From: Candidatus Eiseniibacteriota bacterium
GTDB lineage: Bacteria; Eisenbacteria; RBG-16-71-46; CAZAMP01
Length of the DNA: 64,000 nucleotides
Assembly (NCBI GenBank): GCA_965224245.1
Contig: OZ245046.1
Span: 4,480,001 to 4,544,000 of the forward strand
Reading direction: 5' to 3'
The position numbers and the translations under genes are program-made. Of the stretch, positions 28,409 through 40,200 are shown one piece after another. The stretch's first letter is position 1, and each line of letters starts with the position of its first letter. The notes below the pieces were generated by a model, which saw nothing but the letters and a program-made list of their open reading frames with translations, ran no database searches and was not told the origin of the DNA.

Positions 28409-29532
28409 CAGGGACCCAGGTATCGATCCACGACGGATCGCCACTCCCGCCGCGAGACCGTCCGCAACAGCGATCGGTTCAGCTCCTCGCGAAGCGGGCT
28501 CCGCGGCGCCAGCGCGAAGCCGTACGACTGGGGCTCGAACGTGAACGGCGCCACGCGGAGCCGACTCGAGTCGAACTGGTTCACCCGGAAGCGCAGCACC
28601 GGGGCGTCGTGCACGAACGCGTCGATCTCACCCTCGAGAAGCCCGGAGAGGCCCGATCTCACGTCGGGGTACGTCCGAGGCTCGATCCCCCGGGCGATCA
28701 TCGCGCGCTCGCCGGTGGCACCGCGAAGCGATCCGACGCGAAGACCGTTCAGATCGCCCACCGATTGCACACCGGCGTCGAGCCAGGCCGCCGTCAGGGA
28801 CGATGCGATCGCCGCGGTGAGGCTCGAGATCGTGATGATCGCCACGAACATCCAGACGAACCCGACGGTGCGTCCGCCGAGCGTCTGCGGCGCCTTGTCG
28901 CCGTAGCCCACCGTGGTCATCGTGACCGCCGCCCACCAGAAGCCCGAGCCGATCCCGTGCCAGGGCCTGCCCCCGAACTGCTCGCGGTTCGCGCGCGACT
29001 CGAACAGCCAGACCACGACGCCGACGGCGAAGAGCACGATGCACAGCGTCAGGAGCGCGCGCCACAGGTCTCCCGCGGCCACGATCCGGGCCAGCTGCCG
29101 CATCGGACCGGCGCTGGCGCCCGCCGTCGCCACTCCGAGCCCGGTCGAGTAGAACGCGTGCGTGAAGTCGAGGCGCCTCTCTCGCTCGTCGGTGATGGTG
29201 ATCGCCCCGACACCGACGTCGATGCGACCGCCGGCGATGCCGGCGAGGAGCGAGTCCAGCGGCAGCTCCACCCATCGATAGGGCCGGTCGAGGTCGGACG
29301 CGATCTCGTTCCAGAGCCACACCGCGATCCCGTCGTGGCCGCCGTTGGGCTTGGCCAGGACGAACGGGGGCGCCTCCTTGGTGGCGACCACGAGCGTGTC
29401 CCGCGTCGACTCCGCGGCGCCCGCCGGCGCGACGAGGATCGCCGCGGCGATGACACTCGCCGCGAGCGCGGCGCCGACCGACGCCAGCGCGGTCGCGGCG
29501 CGACGAAGACGACGATCGAGGTAGGCGGTCAC
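28408..29532 (-). CDS. Prokaryotic ligand-gated K+ channel (GluR0-like: split periplasmic-binding domain plus pore)
   Basis: Signal peptide; S1 (APPFV, GAITIT.ERE..LDFT..FY); TM1; pore helix and filter WWAAVTMTTVGYGD; TM2; S2 (DAFVHDAPVL, YGFAL). Start uncertain. Confidence 0.88.
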   Translation of the reverse strand: MTAYLDRRLRRAATALASVGAALAASVIAAAILVAPAGAAESTRDTLVVATKEAPPFVLAKPNGGHDGIAVWLWNEIASDLDRPYRWVELPLDSLLAGIAGGRIDVGVGAITITDERERRLDFTHAFYSTGLGVATAGASAGPMRQLARIVAAGDLWRALLTLCIVLFAVGVVVWLFESRANREQFGGRPWHGIGSGFWWAAVTMTTVGYGDKAPQTLGGRTVGFVWMFVAIITISSLTAAIASSLTAAWLDAGVQSVGDLNGLRVGSLRGATGERAMIARGIEPRTYPDVRSGLSGLLEGEIDAFVHDAPVLRFRVNQFDSSRLRVAPFTFEPQSYGFALAPRSPLREELNRSLLRTVSRREWRSVVDRYLGP

Positions 29533-29770
29533 GGCACCGATCCTCGATCGAACACGGCTGACCGATCTCGCAGGCTCTCGCTCTCGTGCGTGCCACATCT
29601 CGCTGCTCCTCGTCTCGACCCTCGCCGCCCATCGTCCGAGATCGCCGTCCGGGATGCAACCCGAGCCGTCCGACGCCGGCGTTCCGGTCCACCGGCCTCG
29701 TTTGCCGTGCCGTCATCCAGTCCGTAGAATGGTCGCGGCTCGACCGTCACCCGACCTCTGGAGCACACCC

Positions 29771-31597
29771 GTGACCCCTGCCGAATTTCCGGAGACCTCG
29801 TTCGCCGAGTGGCGTGCCGCCGCCCGGGGCGCACACGACGACGCCGGGTTCGAGCGTCGCCTCACCAGCACGATCGACGGTGCGCTCCGCGTCGAGCCCC
29901 TGTACACCCGCGAGAACGCGCCCGAGGGCCCGGCGATCCCGGCCGGGCCGCACGCCCGTCGCTGGATCCTCTGCCAGACGGTGGAGATCCCGGACCCGGA
30001 CGGCGCTCGCCTGGTCGCCCAGGTGAAGGCGCTGGGTGCGACCGGGTTCTGGCTGCAGCCGTCGCCCGGGGCCGGTGCGAACGGGTCCCGTGCGGGCAGG
30101 TCCGACGCGGGGGCGGCCGACGCACGCGCGCTGGTCGCGGCCGCGCTGGGTGAGACCACCGACGACGGTCTCTGGATCGACGTCGATCCCCGCGAGGCGG
30201 ACGAGTTCTCGGGCTTGCTCACGCTCGTACGGTCACGACCGGCGGGCGGCGTCGTCGTCGATCCGGCCGGCGGCCTTCAGGAGAACCGCACCCGGGCTCT
30301 CGACGCGCTCGCCGACCTCGTCTCGGACGTGGCTGGCGCGGCCCGGGGTGTCCGTGTTCTCTGGACCGACCTTCGCGGTGTTCACGCGCGGGGCGCCGAT
30401 GCCGTCACCGAGCTCGGTGTGGCGGCGGCGGCGCTCGTCGAGACGATCGATGCGATGCGGGAGCGCGGCCATGCACTCGATGCGATCGCAGCACGGGTCG
30501 GCGTCACGCTCGAGGTGCCGGACGATCTCTTCACGGGAGTCGCGACGATCCGGGCGCTCCGCGGGCTCTGGGCACGCATCCTGGGTGCCTACGGAGCCGA
30601 TGCGTGCCGGCCGCTGTGGATCCACGCCCGGACGTCGGGACGCGTCGAGACGCGACGGGACCACTGGAGCAACCTCCTGCGCGGCACTCTCGGCGCGTTC
30701 GCGATCGGAGTGGGCGGCGCCGACTCGATCGGCGTGCGGCCCTTCGATGGCGATCGGCGCGCCTCGAACGCGTTCGGTCACCGGATGGCGATCAACACCC
30801 AGCGCATTCTCCTGGACGAGGCCCACCTCGCGGCCGTCGCCGACCCCGTTCGCGGATCCTGGTACGTGGAGTCGCTCACCGACGCGCTCGCCCGCGCGGG
30901 CTGGGACACGTTCCGGGAGATCGTCCGCGCGGGCGGCCTCTCCGGCGCGCCCGAGGGCGCCGGCTGGACGCACGTGCACGAGCGCATCCACCGCCACGCC
31001 GATGTGCGCCGGCGGCAGGTCGCCGACCGCACGACGCCCGTGGTCGGCGTGACGCTCTTCGCACCGACGCCGGGCAGTCGGGCGGCAGCGGCGCCCGCGT
31101 CTCCGGACGTGGACGACCGGATGCGCTGGAGCGAGCCCGTCGAGGCACTTCAGGACGACGCCGACGCCCACGCCGCGAGAACGGGCTCGCGCCCCGGCGT
31201 CTCGATCGTCGTGCTCGGTTCACCCCGGGCGATCCGCGATCGCCTGGCGTTCGTCCACGACGTGCTGGCCGCGGGTGGGCTCGTCGTCTCGGCGACGCAC
31301 GAGCTCCCCGACGGCGATCCGGTAGGCGCACTGGACGTGGACCGTCTCGGCGCGCATCCGGTCGTCGTCTGTGGGCCGGACGACGTCTGCTCGCGGCTCG
31401 TGCCCGATCTCGCGCGTCACCTCGCGGCCGGGGGCATCGGTGAGATCGTCGTCGCCGGTCGGATTCCCGACGACGCACGCGAGACCTGGACGTCGGCAGG
31501 GGTCACCGGATCGGTCCACGTGGGCTCGGACATCGTGGCGCTCCACCGGACGCTGGCCGATGCGATCGGCATCGTGCGAGGTGGAGGTCGGACATGA
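29771..31597 (+). CDS. mutA: Methylmalonyl-CoA mutase small (beta) subunit
   Basis: F...S..EW, PLYT, RALR.LW, NLLRGT..AF...GGAD, A.NTQ.IL..E.HL..VADP..GSWYVE.LT; lacks the DxHxxG cobalamin motif; ATGA overlap with the large subunit. Confidence 0.85.
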   Translation: MTPAEFPETSFAEWRAAARGAHDDAGFERRLTSTIDGALRVEPLYTRENAPEGPAIPAGPHARRWILCQTVEIPDPDGARLVAQVKALGATGFWLQPSPGAGANGSRAGRSDAGAADARALVAAALGETTDDGLWIDVDPREADEFSGLLTLVRSRPAGGVVVDPAGGLQENRTRALDALADLVSDVAGAARGVRVLWTDLRGVHARGADAVTELGVAAAALVETIDAMRERGHALDAIAARVGVTLEVPDDLFTGVATIRALRGLWARILGAYGADACRPLWIHARTSGRVETRRDHWSNLLRGTLGAFAIGVGGADSIGVRPFDGDRRASNAFGHRMAINTQRILLDEAHLAAVADPVRGSWYVESLTDALARAGWDTFREIVRAGGLSGAPEGAGWTHVHERIHRHADVRRRQVADRTTPVVGVTLFAPTPGSRAAAAPASPDVDDRMRWSEPVEALQDDADAHAARTGSRPGVSIVVLGSPRAIRDRLAFVHDVLAAGGLVVSATHELPDGDPVGALDVDRLGAHPVVVCGPDDVCSRLVPDLARHLAAGGIGEIVVAGRIPDDARETWTSAGVTGSVHVGSDIVALHRTLADAIGIVRGGGRT

Positions 31598-33774
31598 GCG
31601 ATCGCCCCGACTTCGCGTCGCTCGACTACGACGACGCGCCCCCAGCGGCCGAGGGTGCCGGGCCGTCGACCGGCGAGCCGATGCTCGCTCCCGAGGGCAT
31701 CGAGATCGCCCCCCGCTACACGCGAGCCGATCTGGGGCCGGTGCGCCACCTCGACTCGATGCCCGGCTTCCCGCCGTTCGTGCGCGGCCCTTACCCCACG
31801 ATGTACGTCGAGCGCCCGTGGACGATCCGGCAGTACGCGGGCTTCTCGACCGCCGAGGAGAGCAATGCGTTCTACCGGCGCAATCTCGCCGCCGGGCAGC
31901 GCGGGCTCTCCGTCGCGTTCGACCTGGCCACGCACCGCGGATACGACTCCGATCATCCCCGCGTGAAGGGCGACGTGGGCATGGCGGGCGTGGCGATCGA
32001 TTCGATTCTCGACATGCGCCTGCTGTTCGACGGCATCCCGCTCGATCGCATGAGCGTCTCGATGACCATGAACGGGGCCGTGCTGCCCGTTCTCGCGCTC
32101 TTCATCGTGGCCGCCGAGGAGAGCGGCGTGGACCGGCGCGAGCTCACGGGGACGATCCAGAACGACATCCTCAAGGAGTTCATGGTCCGCAACACGTACA
32201 TCTATCCCCCCGAGCCGAGCATGCGCATCGTGGCCGACATCTTCCGCTACACGTCCGAGCACATGCCCCGCTTCAACTCGATCAGCGTGTCCGGGTATCA
32301 CATGCAGGAGGCCGGGGCCACCGCGGACATCGAGCTGGCGTACACGCTGGCGGACGGGCTGGAGTACGTGCGCGCCGGCGTGGACGCCGGGCTGGCGGTC
32401 GATGCGTTCGCGCCGCGGATCTCGTTCTTCTGGGCCGTCGGCATGAGCTTCTTCATGGAGGTCGCGAAGCTCCGCGCGGCCCGGCTCCTGTGGGCCGAGC
32501 TGATCGCGCCGTTCGAGCCAGGGAACCCGAAGTCGATGTCGCTGCGCACGCACTGCCAGACGTCGGGGTGGAGCCTCGCGGCCCAGGATCCCTACAACAA
32601 CGTCGCGCGCACGTGCATCGAGGCGCTGGCCGCCGCGCACGGCCACACGCAGTCGCTCCACACGAACTCGCTCGACGAGGCGCTCGCGCTGCCGACCGAC
32701 TTCTCGGCCCGGATCGCCCGCAACACGCAGCTCGTCATCCAGCACGAGAGCGGAACGTGCCGCACGATCGATCCCTGGGGCGGCAGCTACTACGTCGAAC
32801 GGCTCACGCACGACCTGGCCGAGCGCGCGCGGGTTCATCTGCGCGAGATCGAGGAGCTCGGCGGCATGGCGCGCGCCATCGAGACGGGGCTGCCCAAGAT
32901 GCGGATCGAGGAGGCCGCGGCCCGCACCCAGGCGCGGATCGACTCGGGCCGGCAGACGATCATCGGCGTCAACGCGAACCGCCTCGCGGACGAGCCGCCG
33001 CTGGACATCCTCAAGGTGGACAACTCGGCGGTCCTCGCCTCGCAGCTCGCCCGGCTCACCGAGCTGAGACGATCGCGCGACGACGGGGCGGTCACGGACG
33101 CGCTCGCGCGGCTGGAGCGCGTCGCGGCCGGCGGCGACGGCAACCTCCTCGACGCGACCGTCGGCGCGGCCCGCGCGCGGGCCACGGTGGGCGAGATGAG
33201 CGCCGCCCTCGAGCGCGTGTGGGGACGTCACGAGGCCAGGATCCAGTCAATCTCGGGGGTCTACAGTGGTGAGATCGGCGACATGAACGCGGACGTCGCG
33301 CGCGTGCGCGAGCTGACCCGGGCCTTCGAGGCCGCGCACGGCCGCCGCCCGCGCATCCTGGTGGCGAAGATGGGCCAGGACGGACACGATCGCGGACAGA
33401 AGGTGATCGCGACCGCGTTCGCGGATCTGGGCTTCGACGTGGACGTGGGGCCACTGTTCCAGACGCCCGAGGAGACCGCGCGGCAGGCGGTCGAGAACGA
33501 CGTGCACATCGTCGGCGTCAGCTCGCTCGCGGCGGGACACCTGACGCTGGTGCCCGAGCTGAAGGCCGCGCTGACGGCACTCGGTCGCGACGACATCGTG
33601 ATCGTGGCCGGGGGCGTGATCCCGCCGCAGGATCACGAGGCGCTCCGGGCCGCCGGCGCCGCCGCGGTGTTCGGCCCGGGAACCGTCATCGCGACCGCGG
33701 CCGCCGAGCTGATCGCGGCGCTCGACCCCGACCTCGGCGCGCGCGGCGGCGGTCGTCCCGGCTCCGGCACATGA
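31594..33774 (+). CDS. mutB: Methylmalonyl-CoA mutase large (catalytic) subunit
   Basis: [42 protein letters not shown], cobalamin motif [10 protein letters not shown]. Confidence 0.97.
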   Translation: MSDRPDFASLDYDDAPPAAEGAGPSTGEPMLAPEGIEIAPRYTRADLGPVRHLDSMPGFPPFVRGPYPTMYVERPWTIRQYAGFSTAEESNAFYRRNLAAGQRGLSVAFDLATHRGYDSDHPRVKGDVGMAGVAIDSILDMRLLFDGIPLDRMSVSMTMNGAVLPVLALFIVAAEESGVDRRELTGTIQNDILKEFMVRNTYIYPPEPSMRIVADIFRYTSEHMPRFNSISVSGYHMQEAGATADIELAYTLADGLEYVRAGVDAGLAVDAFAPRISFFWAVGMSFFMEVAKLRAARLLWAELIAPFEPGNPKSMSLRTHCQTSGWSLAAQDPYNNVARTCIEALAAAHGHTQSLHTNSLDEALALPTDFSARIARNTQLVIQHESGTCRTIDPWGGSYYVERLTHDLAERARVHLREIEELGGMARAIETGLPKMRIEEAAARTQARIDSGRQTIIGVNANRLADEPPLDILKVDNSAVLASQLARLTELRRSRDDGAVTDALARLERVAAGGDGNLLDATVGAARARATVGEMSAALERVWGRHEARIQSISGVYSGEIGDMNADVARVRELTRAFEAAHGRRPRILVAKMGQDGHDRGQKVIATAFADLGFDVDVGPLFQTPEETARQAVENDVHIVGVSSLAAGHLTLVPELKAALTALGRDDIVIVAGGVIPPQDHEALRAAGAAAVFGPGTVIATAAAELIAALDPDLGARGGGRPGSGT

Positions 33775-34778
33775 CGCGGCGTCGAGACTCCCCGGACGTG
33801 GACGCGCTGGTGCGCGCGGTGCGTGACGGCGATCGCGCCGCGCTGGGCCGCGCCATCACCCTCGTCGAGAGCACGCTGGCCGGGGATCAGTCGCTCGCCG
33901 AGGCGCTCCTGTCCGAGCTGCAGCCGCACACGGGCAAGTCGGTACGCGTCGGGATCACCGGGATTCCCGGCGTGGGCAAGAGCACGCTGATCGAGTCGCT
34001 CGGCCGCCACCTGATCGACACGGGGCATCGCGTGGCCGTGCTCGCGGTGGATCCGACCAGCGGCGTCTCGGGCGGCAGCATCCTCGGGGACAAGACACGC
34101 ATGACCGAGCTCGCGCGCGACGACGCGGCGTTCATCCGACCATCGCCGAGCGCGGGCACCCTCGGAGGGGTCACGCGCGCCACGCGCGAGTCCGTGCACG
34201 TGTGCGAGGCGGCCGGGTACGACGTGATCCTGGTCGAGACGGTCGGCGTCGGGCAGTCCGAGGTCGAGGTCTCGCACATGGTCGACGTGTTCCTGCTTCT
34301 CCTCCAGCCGAGCGCGGGCGACGAGCTCCAGGGGATCAAGCGCGGCATCCTGGAGCTGGCCGACGTGGTCGCGGTGAACAAGGCCGACGGGAAGCTCGAG
34401 ATGGCGGCCCGGCGAACGCGACAGGAGTACGAGACGGCGCTGCGGCTGATGAGGGGATCGGACGCGCCCAGGGTGGTCGCGATCAGCGCGACCACGGACA
34501 TCGGCGTGCCCGAGCTCTGGACGATGCTGACCGCCGTCGTGACGTCCCGCCGCGCGGCGGGTGCGTTCGACGAGCGGCGCCGACGGCAGCGCCTGCGCTG
34601 GATGTGGGCGCTCGTCGACGAGTCACGACGGCGAGAGGCGAGGACGCATCCGGTGGTGGTCGCGATGTCCAGTGATCTGGAGCGGGACGTCCTGGACGGC
34701 GATGTGATCCCGCTGGCGGCGGCCCGGCGGATTCTCGCGGCACTGTCGGCCGGGCCATCCACGAGCAGCGGCGACTAG
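33771..34778 (+). CDS. meaB: Methylmalonyl-CoA mutase-associated GTPase
   Basis: [42 protein letters not shown]. Confidence 0.95.
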   Translation: MTRRRDSPDVDALVRAVRDGDRAALGRAITLVESTLAGDQSLAEALLSELQPHTGKSVRVGITGIPGVGKSTLIESLGRHLIDTGHRVAVLAVDPTSGVSGGSILGDKTRMTELARDDAAFIRPSPSAGTLGGVTRATRESVHVCEAAGYDVILVETVGVGQSEVEVSHMVDVFLLLLQPSAGDELQGIKRGILELADVVAVNKADGKLEMAARRTRQEYETALRLMRGSDAPRVVAISATTDIGVPELWTMLTAVVTSRRAAGAFDERRRRQRLRWMWALVDESRRREARTHPVVVAMSSDLERDVLDGDVIPLAAARRILAALSAGPSTSSGD

Positions 34779-34843
34779 ATCGCCCTTCGCGTCGTCGAGT
34801 TTCCGAACGGGACGCTCCGCGGGTGGAGCTTCGCCGCGGCGGG

Positions 34844-35248
34844 TCAGCTCTCGGTCGGTGCCTCCGCCGAGAGCTCGCGGATCAGCGCCTTCTCCTTGCG
34901 GAGGAGAACGACCGTGTCGGTCAACGCGAGGGCCAGGATGACCCAGCCCAACCAGTTCCTCCACGTACCGGCGTCACCCGGTCGGACCCACAGCGTGTTC
35001 GACAGACCGATGATCCAGAACAGCACCGTTCGCAGGACGTGCCACACAGATCCGGCACCGCGGCTCGGATACATGAGGCGCACGAGCTGCACGAGGTTGA
35101 CGACGATCGCGGCGGCCACGACGGCGATGACGACCCAGTCGACCACGGCGCGATCGCCGGCACTGAGGTCCAGGACGAAGTACAGAACACCCGTGGCGAG
35201 AAGTGCGCGGACCAGGGGCGAGCCCTTCGGCGCGGGCGAACGCGACAT
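34844..35248 (-). CDS. Hypothetical membrane protein (about 4 TM)
   Basis: ATG at 35248 after GGGGAGG; four hydrophobic segments; downstream of the Lrp gene on the same strand. Confidence 0.65.
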   Translation of the reverse strand: MSRSPAPKGSPLVRALLATGVLYFVLDLSAGDRAVVDWVVIAVVAAAIVVNLVQLVRLMYPSRGAGSVWHVLRTVLFWIIGLSNTLWVRPGDAGTWRNWLGWVILALALTDTVVLLRKEKALIRELSAEAPTES

Positions 35249-35358
35249 CACCACCTCCCCGGCGGGACCGAGACGTGCATCGCCGTACGGTCGCCGGAGG
35301 GGTCGGGGTTCGTTTTGCCGGTCATCCGACCTCCGATCGCTCCGGTGCGACGAGCCGG

Positions 35359-35838
35359 TCACACGTCCTCAGGTGGATAGAGCGGCCACTTCTCCGAACG
35401 GCTGCGCTCGTAGATGATCGACGTCCGGATCGTCGCCACCTCCTCGCGGCGCGTGAACGCATCCATCGCCACCGCACGCAGGTGCTCGGCATCTCGCACG
35501 GCCACGTGTACGAGAAAGTCGTCGTCACCCGCGATGTGGTACACGCCGACCGCCTCGGGGAGCGTGCGCGCGTGCCGCCGGAACGCGTCGACGAACTCCC
35601 GCGAGTGACGGCGCAGACGCACCGCCACCATCGCCTGGAGTCCCACCCCCACCGACGCCGGGTCGATCTCCGCGTGAAAGCCCCGGAGCACACCCGATTC
35701 CCGGAGCCGCCGCACGCGCTCCAGGCACGTCGACGGCGCCAGCCCCACCCGCGCCGCCAGCTCCTTGTTGGACAGCCGTGCATTGTCCGAAAGAGCGGCG
35801 ATGATTCCGTAATCCGTTCGGTCCAGCTTCGTTTTCAT
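35359..35838 (-). CDS. Lrp/AsnC family transcriptional regulator
   Basis: LDRTD..I...L..NARLSNKELA..VGL.PSTCLERVRRL...GV, C-terminal RAM domain (G..DFL.HV). Confidence 0.94.
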   Translation of the reverse strand: MKTKLDRTDYGIIAALSDNARLSNKELAARVGLAPSTCLERVRRLRESGVLRGFHAEIDPASVGVGLQAMVAVRLRRHSREFVDAFRRHARTLPEAVGVYHIAGDDDFLVHVAVRDAEHLRAVAMDAFTRREEVATIRTSIIYERSRSEKWPLYPPEDV

Positions 35839-35925
35839 GGCCACCTTCCGACTTCTATTCGGTGGATTGATCTCAGATCGGAATTATATCCTGATATCAG
35901 CGCCCACACCGAAAGGATCTCCGCC

Positions 35926-37194
35926 ATGCACGACCACCGCCGCACCAGTGCCGTCCATGCCGGTCGCGCGGACCTGAGGGACCTCGGCGTGCACGCGCCG
36001 CCGATCGATCTGTCCTCCACGTACCCGATCGACGACCTGGAGGCGGGCTCGGAGAGCCTGCTGAACCTGGCCCAGGGGCACCCGTGCCGGAAGGGCGCCG
36101 ATCCGATCTACCAGCGCCTGTGGAATCCGACCGTCGCGCGCTTCGAGGAGGGGCTCGCGCAGCTCGAGGGCGCCGAGGCCGCGGTCGCCTTCTCGTCGGG
36201 CATGGCGGCGCTGACCGCCGTGCTCCTCGCGGCACGCGCGCGCGGCAACCATGTCCTGGCGATCCGGCCGCTCTACGGCGGCTCCGATCATCTCCTGTCC
36301 TCGGACCTCCTCGGCATCGAGACCGAGTGGGTCACCCCCGAGGGCGTCGCGGACGCGGTCCGCGACGACACCGCGATCGTCATCCTGGAGACACCGGCGA
36401 ACCCGACGCTGGCGCTCGTCGACATCGCCGCCGTGGTGGCCTCCGCCGGGGACGTGCCGGTGCTCGTCGATTCGACCTTCGCCACGCCGATCCTTCAGCG
36501 TCCACTGCGGCGGGGTGCGGCGCTCGTTCTCCACAGTGCGACGAAGTTCCTCGGGGGACACGGCGACGTCGTGGGGGGTGTCGTGGCCGGGAGTGAGGCG
36601 TGGATGGCGCGCCTCCGGCAGGTGCGCGTGGCCACTGGCGGGATTCTGCACCCGATGGCCGGGTACCTCCTCCACCGCGGACTTCCGACGCTGCCGGTGC
36701 GCGTGGAGACCGCACAGTCCACCGCGCGCCGGCTCGCCGAGCGTCTCCTCGGACACTCCGACGTGACCGAGGTCTTCTACCCGGGACTCCTCCCCGCCTC
36801 GGACCCGCACGGCCTCATCGGAACGCAGATGGACGGACCGGGCGCGTTGATCGCGTTCACCGTTCGCGGGGGCCGGTACGCGGCGTGTCGCACGCTGTCG
36901 AACGTGCGCATCGCCACGCCGGCGGTCAGCCTGGGCTCGGTGGACACGCTGATCCAGCATCCGGCCGGGCTCACGCACGGCGTCGTGCCCGAGGAGGCCC
37001 GTGAAGCGCACGCGGTGTCCGAGTGCATGCTCCGCATATCGGTCGGACTCGAGGACGCCGACGATCTCTGGCAGGACCTCCGGGACGCGATCTCGCTCGC
37101 GCACTGCGCGCCGCACGACGTCCGTGCGCGGCCGGCGGGCGGCCGCCCGGAGGGCGAGCCATCGGGCTCGGGAGCGCCCGGCGAGCGGGTTTGA
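35926..37194 (+). CDS. Cys/Met metabolism PLP enzyme (methionine gamma-lyase / cystathionine gamma-synthase family)
   Basis: YQRL.NPT...FE..LA.LEG, FSSGMAA, ETPANP, VDSTFATP, HSATKFLGGHGD (PLP Lys), AVSLG, RISVGLE; SD AAAGGA. Confidence 0.92.
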   Translation: MHDHRRTSAVHAGRADLRDLGVHAPPIDLSSTYPIDDLEAGSESLLNLAQGHPCRKGADPIYQRLWNPTVARFEEGLAQLEGAEAAVAFSSGMAALTAVLLAARARGNHVLAIRPLYGGSDHLLSSDLLGIETEWVTPEGVADAVRDDTAIVILETPANPTLALVDIAAVVASAGDVPVLVDSTFATPILQRPLRRGAALVLHSATKFLGGHGDVVGGVVAGSEAWMARLRQVRVATGGILHPMAGYLLHRGLPTLPVRVETAQSTARRLAERLLGHSDVTEVFYPGLLPASDPHGLIGTQMDGPGALIAFTVRGGRYAACRTLSNVRIATPAVSLGSVDTLIQHPAGLTHGVVPEEAREAHAVSECMLRISVGLEDADDLWQDLRDAISLAHCAPHDVRARPAGGRPEGEPSGSGAPGERV

Positions 37195-37294
37195 CCGAGA
37201 CTCGGAGCGCGGAGCCACCTACACTTTCGCCGGCGCCCCGTCACGAGGATGGGGCGTTCGGCGCATGTTCCTCCCCAAGCAGGTCGCTCTGCCG

Positions 37295-40200
37295 ATGATC
37301 CACGTGCACATCGGATCGGGCACGCGCGCGCGCACGCACGAGGTCGTCTCGTTCGTCGCCGAGAGGGCGCGCGACGACGAGATGCTCCTGGTCGGCGGGA
37401 CGCGCGAGGCGGTCGATCAGATCGCGCACGACGTCACCGAGACGCACACGGCCACGTTCGGACTGGGTCGGTACAGCCTCTTGCAGCTCGCGTCGGTGCT
37501 GGCGACGCCCGTCCTGGTCGAGCGCGGTCTGGCGCCGGCCACGTCCCTGGGGATCGAGGCGGTCGCATCGCGCGTCGCGTTCGACGCGGCGGAGGCGGGT
37601 CTCACGCCGCGGCTGGAGCCGGTGCGGCGGTTTCCCGGGTTCGCCTCCGCGCTGGCCCGGACGCTGACCGAGCTCAGGCTGGCCCGAACGCCTCCGGACG
37701 CGCTCCGCGCGGCAGGGGACGACTCGGCCGAGATCGGGCTCCTTCTCGAGCGGTACGAGTCGGCACTCCGGGACGCGGGCGTCGTCGACCGCGCCGGCCT
37801 GCTCGCGCTGGCCACCGAGGCGATCCCCGAGACCGTGCCGTCCCGGGTGGCCTTCGTCGACGTCCCGATCGACTCGCGCGCCGTCCGCGACTTCGTGCGG
37901 GCGATCCTCGATCGCGCTCCCGACGCGATCGCGACGGTTCCGGTCGGCGATCGACCCACACGCCTCGCCTGGATGGCGATCGCACGGGATCTGCCGGTGG
38001 AGATCCACGACCAGGAGACCGACGAGGAGGACGCGGGCTCGACCACGCGCCTCGAGCAGCTCCGCCGCAACGTCTTCGCCGATGCCCCGCCGCACCGCAT
38101 CGAGTCCGCCATGATCGACGAGAGCGTCGAGTTCTTCTCCGCGCCCGGGGAGGGCCGCGAGTGCGTGGAGATCGCGCGGCGTCTCCTCGCCTGCGCGAAA
38201 GCGGGTACGCCGTTCGATCGGATGGCCGTCTTTCTCCGGAGCCCGGGCACCTACGCACCGCTCCTGGAGACGGCGCTCTCGCGCGCCGGGATCCCCGCGT
38301 ACTTCGATCGGGGCACCGCGCGGCCCGATCCGGCGGGACGGGCGTTCCTGGCGCTTCTGAGCTGCCGGGACGACAACCTCTCGGCCCGGCGCTTCGCCGA
38401 GTACCTGTCGTTCAGTCAGGTGCCGGCGCTGACGCCCGGTGGCGAGCCCCCGGGCGATCGCGACGTCTGGCGCGGCGCGACCGACGAGTCGCTGGGCCGG
38501 GCCGCGACCGCGGTGCAGCTCTCGCTTCTCGACGCGCTCGATCCCCCCTTGCCCGAGCCCGAGCCCGATCACGACGATGCCCCGGCGCTCGAGGGCGCGC
38601 TGCGCGCGCCGTGGAAGTGGGAGGAGTACCTCGTCGAAGCGGCCGTGATCGGCGGCGCCGATCGCTGGCGCGATCGGCTGGACGGTCTGGCCGCGGAGCT
38701 CGCGCGCAAGTGCGCGATCCTCCGCAAGGAGGACCCCAGCCGACCGATGCTCGCGGCGCTGGAGCGAGACGCGACGAACCTCGCCCATCTGAGGCGATTC
38801 GCGTTGCCCGTGATCGACACGCTGTCGCGACTGCCCGATCACGCCTCGTGGGGTCGGTGGCTGCGCGCACTCTCCACGCTCGCCCCCATGGTGCTGCGCC
38901 GGCCCGAACGCGTGCTGGCCGTGCTCGGCGAGCTGGAGCCCATGTCGCGCGTGGAGCCGGTGACGATCACCGAGGTGCGCGCGATCCTGCGCGAGCGCCT
39001 GTCCACGCTGGAGAGCGATCCGCCTCCCGAGCGCGCGGGACGCGTGTTCGTGTCCACCCCCGAGCGGGCGCGCGGACGCCACTTCGACGTTGTCTTCGTA
39101 CCGGGACTCGCCGAGCGCGTTTTCCCCGAGCGGCCGCGTGAGGACCCGCTCCTCGTCGACGTCGCGCGGGCGAAGCTGCAGTCCACCCCGGACGACGCCG
39201 GCGCGGCCGGTGATGGTGGCGCCGGCCGGGTCGAGCTCCGTACCCAGACCGATCGCGCTCTCACCGAGCGGCTGCAGCTCCTCTTGACCATCGGCGCCGC
39301 GAACGACGGCATCGTGTTCTCGTATCCCCGCATCGAGGTGGCCGAGGCGCGTCCGCGGGTCCCGTCGTTCTACGCGCTCGACGTGGCCAGGGCGGTCCAC
39401 GGTCACATCCCGAACCTCGACGTCCTCGAGCGCAGCGCGCGCAACGCCGCCGAGGCACGCCTCGTCTGGCCGGCACCGGTGCGCGCCGACAGCGCGATCG
39501 ATCCGGTCGAGCACGACCTGGCGGTACTGCAGCATCTCCTGTCGACCGATCATCGCAACGCCCGGCACGTCGTCGGGCGCGCGCGCTATCTCCTGGGCCT
39601 GAACGAGAGCCTCGCCCGATCGCTGCGCTCGCGGTACGTCCGGTGGCAGAGGAAGTCCTGGCTGCCGCAGGACGGCATCGTGCGCCGCACCGAGGCCACC
39701 GGCGACATGCTCGCGCGCTTCCGCCCGTCGGTGCACCCGTTCTCCACGACGGCGCTGCAGCGATACGCCCGGTGCCCGTATCAGTTCCTGCTCGCGTCCA
39801 TCCACCGGCTCGAGCCCCGGCCCGACGCGGCGCCGCTGGTCCGGATGGATCCCCTCACGCGGGGCGCGATCTATCACGACATCCAGGCCCGGGCGTATCG
39901 CGCGCTGGCCGAGTCCGACCTTCTGCCGGTGTCGCGTGCGAACCTGGAGACGGCCGAGGCCACGCTGAACGCCACGATCTCCGCCGTGGCCGCCCGCCAC
40001 CGCGAGGAGCTGTTCCCGGCGATCCCCAGGGTCTGGGACGACGAGATCGACTCGATCCGCGCCGACCTGCGCATCTGGCTCCGGCGCATGACCGACGAGA
40101 GCGCCGACTGGACGCCGCGGCACTTCGAGCTGGCGTTCGGCCTGCCGCGCGAGGTGCTCGACGGGGGGCACTACGATCCGGAGAGCTCGCCGTCGCCGGT

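Noticed and set aside
29771-31597. Degenerate mutase lacking the cobalamin motif as a pseudogene
   Set aside because: The ORF is intact and coupled to mutB, as expected for the non-catalytic beta subunit of heterodimeric mutases.
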